From an uncultured Alphaproteobacteria bacterium (GTDB taxonomy: Bacteria; Pseudomonadota; Alphaproteobacteria; Methylaequorales; Methylaequoraceae), in assembly GCA_902540805.1 (NCBI GenBank), contig CACBON010000006.1, positions 6,081 to 70,080 of the forward strand: a stretch of DNA of 64,000 nucleotides, given 5' to 3'. Within the stretch, counting starts at the first letter, position 1; each line of letters begins with the position of its first letter. Below are positions 30,265 to 41,359 of the stretch, piece by piece. Position numbers and translations under genes: made by a program. The notes under the pieces are model-generated. The model saw nothing but the letters and a program-made list of their open reading frames with translations. It searched no databases and was not told the DNA's origin.

Positions 30265-30698
30265 ATGTACTTTTTTATTTTTCTTCTTTTTCTTCTAAAT
30301 TTCGGAACAGTATCAAATGCCAATGAACTAATATTAGTCTGTAAGATGAATTATGGCATTTCAGGTTAGAACGATGAAACTGATATCGAGTTTAAAAATT
30401 TGAGTATTATAGATGAAGATCTGGTAGTATTCTTAAATATTTAAAAAAATGGTTAGCCGTTGAAAGTGAAAGAGATTTTCAAGACAGTGGTGTAAAAATC
30501 AGTAAATCAAATTTTTTAGAAACAGATTCCAATATCTTTTCTATGTCTTATTTAGAAAATAATGGAACATTAGTGAGAAAAAATATTATTGAATTAAATC
30601 GATATACTGGTTTTATTAAACACGAATTCAGAACTAGTATAGAAACAATTTATAGAACTGGAACTTGTAAAGTATCAAAGAATAAAAGATTGTTTTAG
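30265..30698 (+). pseudogene. Disrupted small exported protein gene
   Basis: Signal peptide MYFFIFLLFLLNFGTVSNA-NELILVC, in-frame TAG at 30367-30369, frame change near the A-run at about 30443-30449, then ..IIELNRYTG...TGTCKVSKNKRLF*. Confidence 0.7.
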
Positions 30699-30765
30699 AA
30701 GTTTGCCAATGTGATTGATTTATTCAGATTTTTATTTTCAACTTTTTAAATATAAAATTTTTTTG

Positions 30766-30855
30766 TGGCGGAGAGAGAGGGATTCGAACCCTCGAAACAG
30801 TTTCCTGTTTACACGCTTTCCAAGCGTGCGCCTTCAGCCACTCGGCCACCTCTCC
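30766..30855 (-). tRNA. tRNA-Ser(GGA)
   Basis: GGAGAGGTGGCCGAGTGG..CACGC-TTGGAAA-GCGTG, long variable arm, GGTTCGAATCC, encoded CCA; 90 nt. Confidence 0.97.
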
Positions 30856-30857
30856 AG

Positions 30858-32657
30858 TTAATTATCTGAAGTTTTGAGAACATTTATAAAAGCTGATTGA
30901 GGAATTTCTACTTTACCAAATTGCCTCATTCTCTTTTTTCCTTTTTTTTGCTTGTCCAATAATTTATTTTTTCTTGTTACATCTCCACCATACAACTTTG
31001 CAGTTACATCTTTTCTATAACTATTAATTGTTTCTCTAGCTATTATTTTACCACCTATTGCAGCTTGAAGTGGAATTTTGAATTGTTGTCTAGGAATCAA
31101 TTTGCATAATTTTTCGCAATATACTTTTCCTCTCGAAACTGACTTTGATCTATGACAAATAAAAGATAGGGCATCAACTGATTCAGAATTTACAAGAATT
31201 TGAACTCTGACTAAGTCACTTTCTGTGTATTCTTTAAATTCATAATCAAAACTTGCATACCCGCTTGTAATTGATTTAAGTCTATCATAAAAATCAAAAA
31301 CTACTTCCGAAAGGGGCAATAGGTACTCAATCATAGCTCTTTTCCCAACGTAACTTAGATTTTTCTGTATCCCCCTTCTTTCTGTACAAAGTTGTATCAC
31401 TGATCCAAGATATTCATCTGGAAGCAAAATCGTTGCTTTAATAATCGGTTCAGATATTTTTTTTATTTTCATTATGTCAGGTAGTTCAGAAGGATTATGA
31501 ATATCAAAAGTTTTTCCATCCGTTAGTTCGATCTTATATACCACTGACGGAGATGTTGTAATTAAGTTCAAGTCAAACTCTCTACTCAATCTCTCCTGAA
31601 TTATTTCTAAGTGCAACAAACCCAAGAATCCGCATCTGAAACCAAGACCAAGAGCAGCAGATGTCTCTGGTTCAAATGAAAAACTAGCGTCATTCAAACC
31701 AAGTTTTAAAAGACTATCTCTTAATAGATCGTAGTCGTCAGCATCAATTGGATACAAACCACAAAATACAACTGGTCTACTAGGTTTAAATCCTGAAAGA
31801 GGTTGTTTGGTAGGTTTTAATGAGTCTGTAATTGTGTCTCCAACTTTGCAGTCACTTACATGTTTAATGCCTGCTGTAATAAACCCTATTTCTCCTTTCT
31901 CTAAAACATCAGTATATTTTATTTTTGGAGTAAAAAATCCACATTTCTCAACAATATAAGAGGCCTGGGTCCCCATCATTTTAAGTTTCATTCCTTTTTT
32001 TAATTGTCCAGCATGAACTCTCACTAGAATAATTACCCCTAGATAAGGATCGTACCAACTGTCAATTAACATTGCTAAAAGCGAAGTGTCCTCTACTGTT
32101 TTAGGGCAAGGAAGCCTTTCAACTATTGCTTCTAGTAATTCATCTACCCCATTACCTGTTTTTGCAGAAACAAGAATAGCGTTTGATGCATCCAAGCCTA
32201 TTACATCTTCTATTTGTTTTTTTATTCTCTCTGGTTCAGAAGAAGGTAAATCTATTTTGTTCAAAACAGGAATGATTTCATGATTATTTTCTATAGCCTG
32301 ATAAACGTTTGCTAAAGTTTGAGCCTCAACACCTTGAGAAGAATCAACAACAAGTAGTGAGCCCTCGCAAGATGCCAAAGATCTACTCACTTCATAAGAA
32401 AAATCAACATGACCAGGTGTATCCATTAAATTAAAATTATAAATATCATTATTTTGTGCTTTATATTTGAGATAAACAGTTTGTGCTTTTATTGTGATTC
32501 CTCTCTCTCGCTCTATTTCCATAGAATCCAAAACTTGTTCTTTCATTTCTCTCTCAGGTAATCCTCCACACCTTTGAATTATTCTATCAGCGAGGGTCGA
32601 TTTTCCATGATCTATATGTGCGATAATTGAAAAATTTCTAATTCTTTCAATTAACAT
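30858..32657 (-). CDS. lepA: Elongation factor 4
   Basis: [39 protein letters not shown]. Confidence 0.98.
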   Translation of the reverse strand: MLIERIRNFSIIAHIDHGKSTLADRIIQRCGGLPEREMKEQVLDSMEIERERGITIKAQTVYLKYKAQNNDIYNFNLMDTPGHVDFSYEVSRSLASCEGSLLVVDSSQGVEAQTLANVYQAIENNHEIIPVLNKIDLPSSEPERIKKQIEDVIGLDASNAILVSAKTGNGVDELLEAIVERLPCPKTVEDTSLLAMLIDSWYDPYLGVIILVRVHAGQLKKGMKLKMMGTQASYIVEKCGFFTPKIKYTDVLEKGEIGFITAGIKHVSDCKVGDTITDSLKPTKQPLSGFKPSRPVVFCGLYPIDADDYDLLRDSLLKLGLNDASFSFEPETSAALGLGFRCGFLGLLHLEIIQERLSREFDLNLITTSPSVVYKIELTDGKTFDIHNPSELPDIMKIKKISEPIIKATILLPDEYLGSVIQLCTERRGIQKNLSYVGKRAMIEYLLPLSEVVFDFYDRLKSITSGYASFDYEFKEYTESDLVRVQILVNSESVDALSFICHRSKSVSRGKVYCEKLCKLIPRQQFKIPLQAAIGGKIIARETINSYRKDVTAKLYGGDVTRKNKLLDKQKKGKKRMRQFGKVEIPQSAFINVLKTSDN

Positions 32658-35044
32658 TATCTTAATTTCACTTTAAATTGTGTCTTAGCTTGAGAAATTA
32701 TTTTAGTGGATAACTCATTAATTTCATTTTCGCTTAGAGTTTTTGAGTCCGATTGGATAATCACTTCCAAAGCAATTGCCCGCAAATTTTCATTCTCATA
32801 ATTATCAAAAACTTTTACATCGGAGATTATGTCTCTATCAATGTTTTTAATATAATTAACAAGATCAATTGACTTTAGCCTTTTATCCACTTCAAAAGAA
32901 AAGTCCCTTACTGAGTGTTGAAAATTAGACTCGAAAAATTTGTTTTTTGTTTGAATTATTTTTTTTATATTTTCTAAAATCTCTGAAATATATACTTCAA
33001 GAATAATGACCGTATTTTTAATCTTAAAACTTTTTGAAACATTAGGATGAATTTCACCAAAACTAGCAATTTTTAATTCAGAAAAATATACGGAACAACT
33101 TTTTCCTGGATGAAAAAAATTATTATTTTCGTTTCTAATTTTGATCTTATCTAAAGGGATTTTCAATAATCTAAGCAGACTTTCTAAATCGGATTTTATA
33201 TCAAAAACATCGTAATTTCTGTTATCAGTAGTCCAATTTTTGTCTATTGCTTTACCCGACCTAATTATTGTTAGACGGTCTTTTTGCTCGCCTGGGTTAA
33301 TACCAGTGAAAACTGGTCCTATTTCAAAAATTGATATATTTTGGCGATGTTTATTATTATTTTTGTTTACAATATTTAATAGTCCGCCTAATAGACTTTG
33401 TCGCAAACATGATAGTTCTTCACTAATAGGGTTTTGAATTTCAATATTATCTGTATCTCCTATTACATTTTCCTCCCATTTTTTATTTGAAAACGACCAA
33501 GAAATAATTTCCATGATATTTCGACTCACAAGAAGTTCTTTTATTTTTCTTTTTATTTTTTGAGTTTCAGAAGTAACACTCGCTTCATTATTTTTTTTTA
33601 AATCGAAAGCTTTGTTTGGTATCTTTTCGTAACCTAAAAGTCTACCAACTTCTTCCACTAAGTCCTCTTTAATTTTTAAATCTTGTCTCCAAGATGGTGG
33701 TATTATTAAAAAGTTATCTTTTAAGTCTGTTATTTGACAACCTAATTTAACTAATTTTTCACAAATTGAATTTTCTTCTATTTCATGACCCAATATCTTT
33801 TCGAAAAAATTTTTCTCAACACTTATTTTAGTAAAAGATTTAGTTAAGTTAGAATCAGAAATGATTGAACCAACTTTTCCCCCACAAAGTTTTAGTATCA
33901 TCTCTGTTGACAGTTCAATTCCATCAAATGTAGATTCTGGGTCTATACCTCTTTCAAATCTATATCTTGCATCACTGATGATATTTAATTTACGACCCGT
34001 TGATGCAACATTTTCTGGCATAAAATATGCTGACTCAATTAGAATATTTTTAGTATTTTCATCGCAAGACGAATTCAATCCACCCATAACGCCTGCTAAA
34101 CTTATTATTTTTTTTTCATCGCAGATTACTATCATATCATTATCCAAAGTGTATTCTTTTTCGTCTAATCCAATAAATTTTTCACCTCTTTTTGAATTTC
34201 TTATAGTTATATCTCCTTCAATTTTATCTAAGTCAAATACGTGTAATGGTCTGCAATAATCAACAGTCAAATAATTGGTAACATCTACCAATGCGGATAT
34301 AACTTTTAATCCTGACCCTCCAAATCGCTTGATAATCTTTTCTGGAGACTGACAATTTTTTACGTCAGTCATTTGTCGAAGTGAAAACTGCGGACATGAA
34401 TCAGATTTAAGTTTATTATTAATTTTTATTGTACTTTCAAAATCATTTTCAATTTTTTTTATTTTTTTTTGTTTTAACTTCCCAAAACCGGAAGCACAAA
34501 GATCTCTTGCAATACCGAAAACACTTGCACAATCAACTCTATTCGGGGTTATGGCAATATCAATTTCTATAATTTCATCATCTATATATTTATTGAAATC
34601 TTCCCCAACTTTTGCGTTTTCATTTAATTCAATAATACCCTCTGATTCGTCAGATAAATTTAATTCTTCTTCAGAACATAACATTCCTTGAGACTCAACA
34701 CCCCTAATCTTACTTTTTTTAATTTTAAATTGATCTTCTTTATTGGGTTTAACTATACATCCAACACTCGCGAGTACTGTTTTCATATTCTTTTTTACAT
34801 TTGAAGCACCGCAAACAATTTTTAAAATTTCTTTTCCGTTATTCACATCACAAATTTTCAATTTGTCTGCATTCGGATGTGAGTTGATTTCTACGACCTC
34901 TGAAACAATAAAGTTATTAAGATCATTTTTTGGATTTTTTACTTCCTCAACCTCAAGACCAATAGAGGTTAATTTTTGGCATAATGAATCTACAGATGAA
35001 TCAAACTCAAGGTATTCTTTTAACCATGCTAACGTGAATCTCAC
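32657..35044 (-). CDS. pheT: Phenylalanyl-tRNA synthetase beta subunit
   Basis: [30 protein letters not shown]. Confidence 0.97.
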   Translation of the reverse strand: MRFTLAWLKEYLEFDSSVDSLCQKLTSIGLEVEEVKNPKNDLNNFIVSEVVEINSHPNADKLKICDVNNGKEILKIVCGASNVKKNMKTVLASVGCIVKPNKEDQFKIKKSKIRGVESQGMLCSEEELNLSDESEGIIELNENAKVGEDFNKYIDDEIIEIDIAITPNRVDCASVFGIARDLCASGFGKLKQKKIKKIENDFESTIKINNKLKSDSCPQFSLRQMTDVKNCQSPEKIIKRFGGSGLKVISALVDVTNYLTVDYCRPLHVFDLDKIEGDITIRNSKRGEKFIGLDEKEYTLDNDMIVICDEKKIISLAGVMGGLNSSCDENTKNILIESAYFMPENVASTGRKLNIISDARYRFERGIDPESTFDGIELSTEMILKLCGGKVGSIISDSNLTKSFTKISVEKNFFEKILGHEIEENSICEKLVKLGCQITDLKDNFLIIPPSWRQDLKIKEDLVEEVGRLLGYEKIPNKAFDLKKNNEASVTSETQKIKRKIKELLVSRNIMEIISWSFSNKKWEENVIGDTDNIEIQNPISEELSCLRQSLLGGLLNIVNKNNNKHRQNISIFEIGPVFTGINPGEQKDRLTIIRSGKAIDKNWTTDNRNYDVFDIKSDLESLLRLLKIPLDKIKIRNENNNFFHPGKSCSVYFSELKIASFGEIHPNVSKSFKIKNTVIILEVYISEILENIKKIIQTKNKFFESNFQHSVRDFSFEVDKRLKSIDLVNYIKNIDRDIISDVKVFDNYENENLRAIALEVIIQSDSKTLSENEINELSTKIISQAKTQFKVKLR

Positions 35045-35045
35045 C

Positions 35046-36110
35046 TTACCTCCAACTCAAGTCAGTTTTCTCAAAAAAACTAAATCCATAATGCTCTAAC
35101 CACTTCAAATCACTATCAAAGAAATCTCGAAGATCAGGCATTCCATATTTTAGCATAGCAAGCCTTTCTATACCCATCCCAAATGCAAAACCAGTGACAT
35201 CTTGTTTTACTCCTGACATTCTAAAAACTTCAGGGTGAACAAGACCACAACCTAAAATTTCCATCCACTTGTCACCCTCCCCAATAACGATTTTTCCTGA
35301 CTCTTTCTTAAAATTTATATCGACTTCAGCTGATGGCTCGGTGAATGGAAAATATGAAGGTCTAAATCTAAGTTTAAGATCATTTTTCCCAAAAAAAGTT
35401 TTACAAAAAGATTCTACAAACCATTTTAAATTTGCAAATGTTATATCCTTGTCTACCACCAAACCCTCAACTTGATGAAACATAGGCGTATGTGTCATAT
35501 CTGAATCACATCTATATGTTCTCCCGGGTGCAAAAATTTTTAATGGAAGTTTATTTTTTTTTAGAGAACGAATTTGCACTGGCGATGTATGAGTTCTTAA
35601 AACGAATTTTTCATGAGTTTTACTTTTAATGTAGAATGTATCATGCATTTGTCTTGCTGGGTGATTTTCCGGAATATTCAACGCCGAAAAGTTATGAAAA
35701 TCATCTTCGATATCTGGTCCCTCTTCATAGGATAAACCCATGTCACCTAAAATATTAACTATTTCATTTGTTGTGTGACTGATTGGATGAACTTTTGCTT
35801 CAACAAAATTGAACTCACGAGCGGGTAATGATAAATCAATGAAATCATTCTCTAATTTTTTATTGATTTCAATATTTTCAATCTGATTTTTCTTTCTAGA
35901 AAGATTGGTAAAAAAAAGATTCTTAAAACCATTTAGCTTCTCTCCAACAGTTTTTTTATCTTCAATAGACAGGGTTGATAATGATTTTAGTGCATTAGTA
36001 AAAGTTCCATTTTTACCAAAATATTTTACTCTTATTTGTTCAAGCTTTTCGCTAGTGCTGGATTCTTCAACCTCTTTCAAGGCTGATTGAATTATTTCAT
36101 CGTAATTCAT
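35046..36110 (-). CDS. pheS: Phenylalanyl-tRNA synthetase alpha subunit
   Basis: HPARQMHDTF, RTHTS, FRPSYFPFTEPS, GFAFGMGIERL. Confidence 0.98.
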   Translation of the reverse strand: MNYDEIIQSALKEVEESSTSEKLEQIRVKYFGKNGTFTNALKSLSTLSIEDKKTVGEKLNGFKNLFFTNLSRKKNQIENIEINKKLENDFIDLSLPAREFNFVEAKVHPISHTTNEIVNILGDMGLSYEEGPDIEDDFHNFSALNIPENHPARQMHDTFYIKSKTHEKFVLRTHTSPVQIRSLKKNKLPLKIFAPGRTYRCDSDMTHTPMFHQVEGLVVDKDITFANLKWFVESFCKTFFGKNDLKLRFRPSYFPFTEPSAEVDINFKKESGKIVIGEGDKWMEILGCGLVHPEVFRMSGVKQDVTGFAFGMGIERLAMLKYGMPDLRDFFDSDLKWLEHYGFSFFEKTDLSWR

Positions 36111-36122
36111 TCTAGAGTTGCT

Positions 36123-36473
36123 TTAGGCAGCTTTTACTTTTGCTACTATTTCTTTAAATGATTCTGGTTCGAGTGCAGCAATATCAGCTAAGACTTTTCT
36201 ATTAAAATTCATATCAACTTTTTTCAAACCATTCATAAAGGTTGAGTATTTTATTCCATTTAATCTGCAACCTGCGTTTATTCTTTGAATCCAAAGCCTT
36301 CTAAACTCTCTTTTTTTTACTTTTCTGTCTCTGTAAGCATACTGTCCAGCTTTTTCAACAGCCTGGTTAGCAACTTTAAAAGTGTTTTTTCTTCTTCCGA
36401 AATAACCTTTTGCTCTTTTTAAAATTTTTTTGTGTCTTGATCTTGTTACACTTCCTGCTTTTACTCTTGACAT
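36123..36473 (-). CDS. rplT: 50S ribosomal protein L20
   Basis: [24 protein letters not shown]. Confidence 0.98.
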   Translation of the reverse strand: MSRVKAGSVTRSRHKKILKRAKGYFGRRKNTFKVANQAVEKAGQYAYRDRKVKKREFRRLWIQRINAGCRLNGIKYSTFMNGLKKVDMNFNRKVLADIAALEPESFKEIVAKVKAA

Positions 36474-36478
36474 TTAGA

Positions 36479-36682
36479 TTACCTCAATTTTGCATTAATA
36501 TATTTTTTCACAATTTTTGTATCTTGTTTTGACATCACAGTTGGACCTTTTGAAGACCTTTTCATGGTTTTGGTTCTTTTCGTAAGGTTATGTCTTTTTC
36601 CACTTGCAAACATCAATACTTTTCCGGTGGCTGTAACTTTGAATCTTTTCTTGGTACCACTTTTTGTTTTTATCTTTGGCAT
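36479..36682 (-). CDS. rpmI: 50S ribosomal protein L35
   Basis: MPKIKTKSGTKKRFKVTATGK; start at ATG 36682. Confidence 0.96.
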   Translation of the reverse strand: MPKIKTKSGTKKRFKVTATGKVLMFASGKRHNLTKRTKTMKRSSKGPTVMSKQDTKIVKKYINAKLR

Positions 36683-36736
36683 AATAAAATTATTTATAGC
36701 GTTTTTTTTTGTCAAAGCAAGATCGTTTTTTTTAAG

Positions 36737-37270
36737 CTATCTTGGTGCTACGACCATAATCATATGTTTGCCCTCGAGTGTCGGAACCTGTTCAATTTTT
36801 GCCATAGGTTCGATCTGACTTTCTAACTTTTTAAGAACATCCATTCCCCTTTGATGATAAGCCATTTCTCTTCCTTTAAATCTCAACGTGATCTTGACTT
36901 TATCACCACCGCTTAAAAAACGTTGAATAGACTTGAGTTTTACAACGTAATCATGATCTTCTATACCAGGTCTAAGTTTAACCTCCTTAACCTCAAAGGT
37001 TTTTTGTTTTTTTTTAGCTTCAGCCTGCTTTTTTTGAACTTGATACTTATATTTCCCATAGTCTATGATCTTACAAACAGGGGGCGAGGCATTTGGTGAA
37101 ACTTCAACAAGATCCAAGCCTTGCTCAAATGCGAGCTTTATAGCGTCCTGGATGTTATAAACACCTAACATTTCGCCTTTTTCTGAGATAACTCTAACAG
37201 ATTTGGATTTAATTCTTTCGTTGGTAGCTGGGCCTTGCAGCTTTGGTGAGTGAAATCGACCTTTATTCAT
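36737..37270 (-). CDS. infC: Translation initiation factor IF-3
   Basis: NERI, LDLVEVSP, PPVCKIIDYGK, KEVKLRP, RFKGRE. Confidence 0.97.
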   Translation of the reverse strand: MNKGRFHSPKLQGPATNERIKSKSVRVISEKGEMLGVYNIQDAIKLAFEQGLDLVEVSPNASPPVCKIIDYGKYKYQVQKKQAEAKKKQKTFEVKEVKLRPGIEDHDYVVKLKSIQRFLSGGDKVKITLRFKGREMAYHQRGMDVLKKLESQIEPMAKIEQVPTLEGKHMIMVVAPR

Positions 37271-37344
37271 ATTTAACTAATTGCATATTTTAAAAAATTT
37301 CCTTTCATCCTGCAATTTACATTATTCCTTCAAATATTCACACT

Positions 37345-39258
37345 TTAGCTAATTCTGCAAGAAATTTTTATTTTTTTTATAAAGTCTTCAAAACTAAGAA
37401 CATCCTGATTTTTTGTTCCCAAAGTTCTAAGAACGACTTGATTATTCTTAACTTCCATATCTCCTATAATACCTATAAAATTTATTTTTTGGTTTGAGAG
37501 TTCTCTTATTTTATAATTTAACTTTTCGTTTCTTATGTCTGTGATACATTTTATGTCAAATTTTCTTAATTGCTTTGCTAATTCTTGTGCATAATTTTCA
37601 CAATTTGAATTAATTGTTGCTAATGCAACTTGAATTGGACTTAACCATGCAGGAAGCCTGCCTGCGTAATGTTCAATCAAAATACCAATAAATCTCTCAA
37701 ATGAGCCAAGTATCGCTCTATGTAACATTACTGGCCTAAATTTTTTTCCGTCTTCACCTATGAAAGAGGCGTCCAATCTTTCTGGTAAGACAAAATCAAC
37801 TTGAAGAGTTCCGCACTGCCAATCTCTTCCAATAGCATCTCTCAAAACAAATTCAAGTTTTGGACCATAAAAAGCCCCTTCCCCTGGATTAAGTTCATAA
37901 CTATACCCAGCCTTCTCCACTGCATTCATGAGAGATTTTTCTGCTCTATCCCAAACTTTATCACTGCCTGCTCTCTTAATTGGACGATCAGAAAACTTTA
38001 TTACTACATCATTAAAACCGAAATCCGCATACACCTCCATTAGCAACTTACAAAAGTCTGACGTCTCTGAAATTATTTGCTCTTCAGTACAGAAAATATG
38101 TGCATCGTCTTGAACAAATGACCTTAATCTCATAAGACCGTGCAAAGCACCTGAAGGTTCATTTCTATGACAACTGCCAAACTCAGACATTCTTAAAGGT
38201 AACTGTTTATAACTCTTTACACCTTGCCTGAATATTTGAACATGGCAAGGGCAGTTCATTGGTTTGATTGCTAAAGTCTTTTCTTCAGATTCAGAAGTAA
38301 ACATTTGTTCTCTAAATTTATCCCAATGCCCCGAATCTTTCCATAAAGAACTGTCAACAAGTTGGGGTGTATTTACTTCTTTATACCCTGCTTTTTCAAG
38401 TTTCTTTCTAATATAAACCATTATTTTTTGATAAATTGTCCAACCTTTAGGGTGCCAAAAAACTGATCCAGCTGCTTGTTCTTGAAAATGAAATAAGCCT
38501 AGTTCTTTGCCCAGTTTTCTGTGATCTCTTTTTTCGGCTTCTTCTATTTGATTTAAATAATTATTTAGATCTTTTTCACTTCTCCAAGCAGTGCCGTAAA
38601 TTCTTTGAAGCATTTCATTTTTAGAGTCTCCTTTCCAATAAGCACCTGAAAGTTTTGTAAGTTTAAACGGGCCAATGAATTTTAAATTTGGAAGATGTGG
38701 ACCTCTACATAAATCAAAGAAATTCGAATTTTTCTGTTTATAAATCTGAAAATTATCTTTTTGCTCAGATTCATCAATAATTTTTACCTTGTAAATTTCT
38801 CCTTTTGAGTTAAATAATTCCTTCGCTTGTTTTTTGTTTTTAAATGATTTTTCAATCTGACTCCCTTCTTTTATGATGTTTTTCATTTCTTTTTCAATTA
38901 AAGGAAAATCGTCAATTGATATTGGCTTTTCAAATAAAACATCGTAATAAAATCCGTTTTCAATAGTCGGACCAATTGCTAATTTCGCCTTTGGATATAT
39001 AATTTTGATTGCTCTTGCAAGAACTTGTGCAGTTAAAGTATGCCTCATAATTTCAAGACCTTCATCTGAATCATTAGTAATTATTTCTATTTCAGAATCC
39101 TCTGTTATAGAATCACATAAATCTTTTTGTAATCCATTTACAGAAATCGCTACAGCTTTCTTCAACAATGATTTTGAGATACTCTCTGCTATAATAAATC
39201 CATTGGTTTCTTTTTTAAAATTCTGGGATCTTCCGTCTGGAAATAAAATTCTTGGCAT
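37345..39258 (-). CDS. thrS: Threonyl-tRNA synthetase
   Basis: [36 protein letters not shown]. Confidence 0.98.
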   Translation of the reverse strand: MPRILFPDGRSQNFKKETNGFIIAESISKSLLKKAVAISVNGLQKDLCDSITEDSEIEIITNDSDEGLEIMRHTLTAQVLARAIKIIYPKAKLAIGPTIENGFYYDVLFEKPISIDDFPLIEKEMKNIIKEGSQIEKSFKNKKQAKELFNSKGEIYKVKIIDESEQKDNFQIYKQKNSNFFDLCRGPHLPNLKFIGPFKLTKLSGAYWKGDSKNEMLQRIYGTAWRSEKDLNNYLNQIEEAEKRDHRKLGKELGLFHFQEQAAGSVFWHPKGWTIYQKIMVYIRKKLEKAGYKEVNTPQLVDSSLWKDSGHWDKFREQMFTSESEEKTLAIKPMNCPCHVQIFRQGVKSYKQLPLRMSEFGSCHRNEPSGALHGLMRLRSFVQDDAHIFCTEEQIISETSDFCKLLMEVYADFGFNDVVIKFSDRPIKRAGSDKVWDRAEKSLMNAVEKAGYSYELNPGEGAFYGPKLEFVLRDAIGRDWQCGTLQVDFVLPERLDASFIGEDGKKFRPVMLHRAILGSFERFIGILIEHYAGRLPAWLSPIQVALATINSNCENYAQELAKQLRKFDIKCITDIRNEKLNYKIRELSNQKINFIGIIGDMEVKNNQVVLRTLGTKNQDVLSFEDFIKKIKISCRIS

Positions 39259-39294
39259 AAATCTAACTTAATGTTGTTTTAACTTAATCATCAA

Positions 39295-40233
39295 TCACAG
39301 GATTAAATTTTTTTTTACTTTAAAAATAATTTTTTTATAAAACCTATCATCATCATTTGAATAAATAAAGGAAGATACGTTTTTTCCAACTGGTTTACAT
39401 AATTGTGGATTTGAAAATTTTGTGAACAACACAATAGTTTTTTTACCTCCCTTTGATATCAAGTGCATTGGACCTGTATCATTTCCAATAGATAATGAAG
39501 ATTTTAATGACAATTTCCCAATATCAAAAAAATCAGTTTTGTTACAACAATTTATTACATCTGGGTAAAAAGACTCGATTAAATTGCATACTTTCAAATC
39601 ATCTTTAGACCCTATTATCAAAACTTTAAAACCAGATTTTATAAGGAAATCTGTTATTTTTAAAAAAATTTCTGCAGGAATTCTTTTGTTTAACCTTTTT
39701 TTTGAGCCACCAGGAACAATCATAACATATTTAGTTTTTGGAACTTTGAATTTTGATTTAAACAACCATTTCATATCGAATTTTGATAAATAACTCACTT
39801 TGCTCAGTTTGATCTGACTCTTTTGTCTGACTAATGTGTGCATTTTATTTCTGCCATTATTTAAGTGAGGAATTTTTGCATATTTTCCAATACCGTTTGT
39901 AATGGCATTTGTTTTTGAAAAAATTTTCAAATACGAAGATGATCTTTTAGAAGTCTGGAGATCATATACAAAATCAAATTCACTTGGATCAATTTCATTT
40001 TTTATTTTTAAGTGATCTAAGAAATAGAAAAGACTTCTCTTAATTGTAAAAATTTTTTTAAATAAATTTGAACTAGACAACAGTTTATCATAAGGTTCTT
40101 CTGTCAAGAGAAACATCTTACACTTATTGTGATGATAAAATATTGAATATATTGCGTTTAAGGAGAGGACAACGTCACCTAATCCACCAAACTTAATTAT
40201 TAAAATTTTTTTTTGTTGAGAGCAAATCTTCAT
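39295..40233 (-). CDS. Glycosyltransferase family 9 (heptosyltransferase-like)
   Basis: IKFGGLGDVV, YDLQTS, GNDTGPMH. Confidence 0.88.
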   Translation of the reverse strand: MKICSQQKKILIIKFGGLGDVVLSLNAIYSIFYHHNKCKMFLLTEEPYDKLLSSSNLFKKIFTIKRSLFYFLDHLKIKNEIDPSEFDFVYDLQTSKRSSSYLKIFSKTNAITNGIGKYAKIPHLNNGRNKMHTLVRQKSQIKLSKVSYLSKFDMKWLFKSKFKVPKTKYVMIVPGGSKKRLNKRIPAEIFLKITDFLIKSGFKVLIIGSKDDLKVCNLIESFYPDVINCCNKTDFFDIGKLSLKSSLSIGNDTGPMHLISKGGKKTIVLFTKFSNPQLCKPVGKNVSSFIYSNDDDRFYKKIIFKVKKNLIL

Positions 40234-41359
40234 ACACTGTTAAAGTTTTTTTTAACATATCATTTAAACTAAATTTTTCTTTAACTCTTCTTCTCGCTGA
40301 AAGTCCGATCGCATCTTTTTGTTGTTGGGGAAGATGAAGAACTTCTAAGATTTTCTCAGCAAGCTTAAATGGATTTGAAGGTTCCACCAACCAACCTGTC
40401 ATGCTATTTTCAATAATTTCTCTTGAGCCTCCATGATTTGAGGAAATGATTGGTTTTGTCATAGAAGATGCTTCTGCACTAATCCTCCCAAATGCCTCCG
40501 GTTCTATAGAGGTAGACAAAACTATATCAGCAATGGAATAAACCGCAGGCATGTCGTTGAGATTTCCGCAAAAAATAATTTTGTTTTGGAGATCATTTTT
40601 TTTTATTTTTTTTATCAAAATTTTTGAAAATTTATTTTTGCCATCTTCGCTTCCGACGAATAAAATTACAAAGTTCAACTCTGGTTCTCGCTCTTTAATA
40701 ATTTTAGCAGCCTCTAAAGCAACCAGGTGACCTTTCCAGGAAGTAATTCTGGCAGGAAGTAAAATTACGTGAACATTTTCGGATAAAGTTAGTTTTGATA
40801 ATAAATTCTCTTTTCTTTGCTCAGTCACAGAATTTAAATTAAAGTAGTTTGTATCAATACCCCTATTAATTTGAACAAGTTTTGATTTAGTCGATGGGAA
40901 AAAAAATCTGACATGATCATCGATAAATTTTGATATGGTTATTACTTTATCTCCTTCTGTCATAACGCTATTATATTTTTTTTTTGGAAAGAAATTAGTC
41001 CCTGAATATGTTCCATGATAAGTTGTAACTAGAGGAATCCTCATGTGCTTTATAATCTTGTTGAAACAAAACGCAGGCCAGCGACTTCTGATGTGAACAA
41101 TATCAGGTTTAATTTCGCTTAATATATCTTTTATCTTTGATTTTAATATGAAGTAACTTAACACTCCTTTTTTTTTTACATTAAGTTCATAATGCTCTAC
41201 CCCTCTATATTTGTACTTTTCCGCCATCTCTCCACCTGAAGAAAGTAAAGAGGATTGAAATCCCGATTTTATTAATTCCTTAGCAATGTCAAGTGTCCCT
41301 CTTTCAACTCCTCCATTTATTTGGTCAAGAGAGGGAATTATTTGCAGAATCTTTGCCAT
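40193..41359 (-). CDS. Glycosyltransferase family 4
   Basis: GGVERGT, VHIRSR, TTYHG, PARITSWKG, EAFGR..AE. Confidence 0.9.
   Translation of the reverse strand: MAKILQIIPSLDQINGGVERGTLDIAKELIKSGFQSSLLSSGGEMAEKYKYRGVEHYELNVKKKGVLSYFILKSKIKDILSEIKPDIVHIRSRWPAFCFNKIIKHMRIPLVTTYHGTYSGTNFFPKKKYNSVMTEGDKVITISKFIDDHVRFFFPSTKSKLVQINRGIDTNYFNLNSVTEQRKENLLSKLTLSENVHVILLPARITSWKGHLVALEAAKIIKEREPELNFVILFVGSEDGKNKFSKILIKKIKKNDLQNKIIFCGNLNDMPAVYSIADIVLSTSIEPEAFGRISAEASSMTKPIISSNHGGSREIIENSMTGWLVEPSNPFKLAEKILEVLHLPQQQKDAIGLSARRRVKEKFSLNDMLKKTLTVYEDLLSTKKNFNN

Noticed and set aside
30367-30369. Pyrrolysine or amber recoding of the in-frame TAG
   Set aside because: A second lesion (frameshift) follows, and TAG is used as a normal stop elsewhere in the window
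20408-30855. Integrative element or prophage at tRNA-Ser
   Set aside because: I saw no integrase, transposase or phage genes and no duplicated tRNA 3' end at the far boundary; treated as a flexible island only
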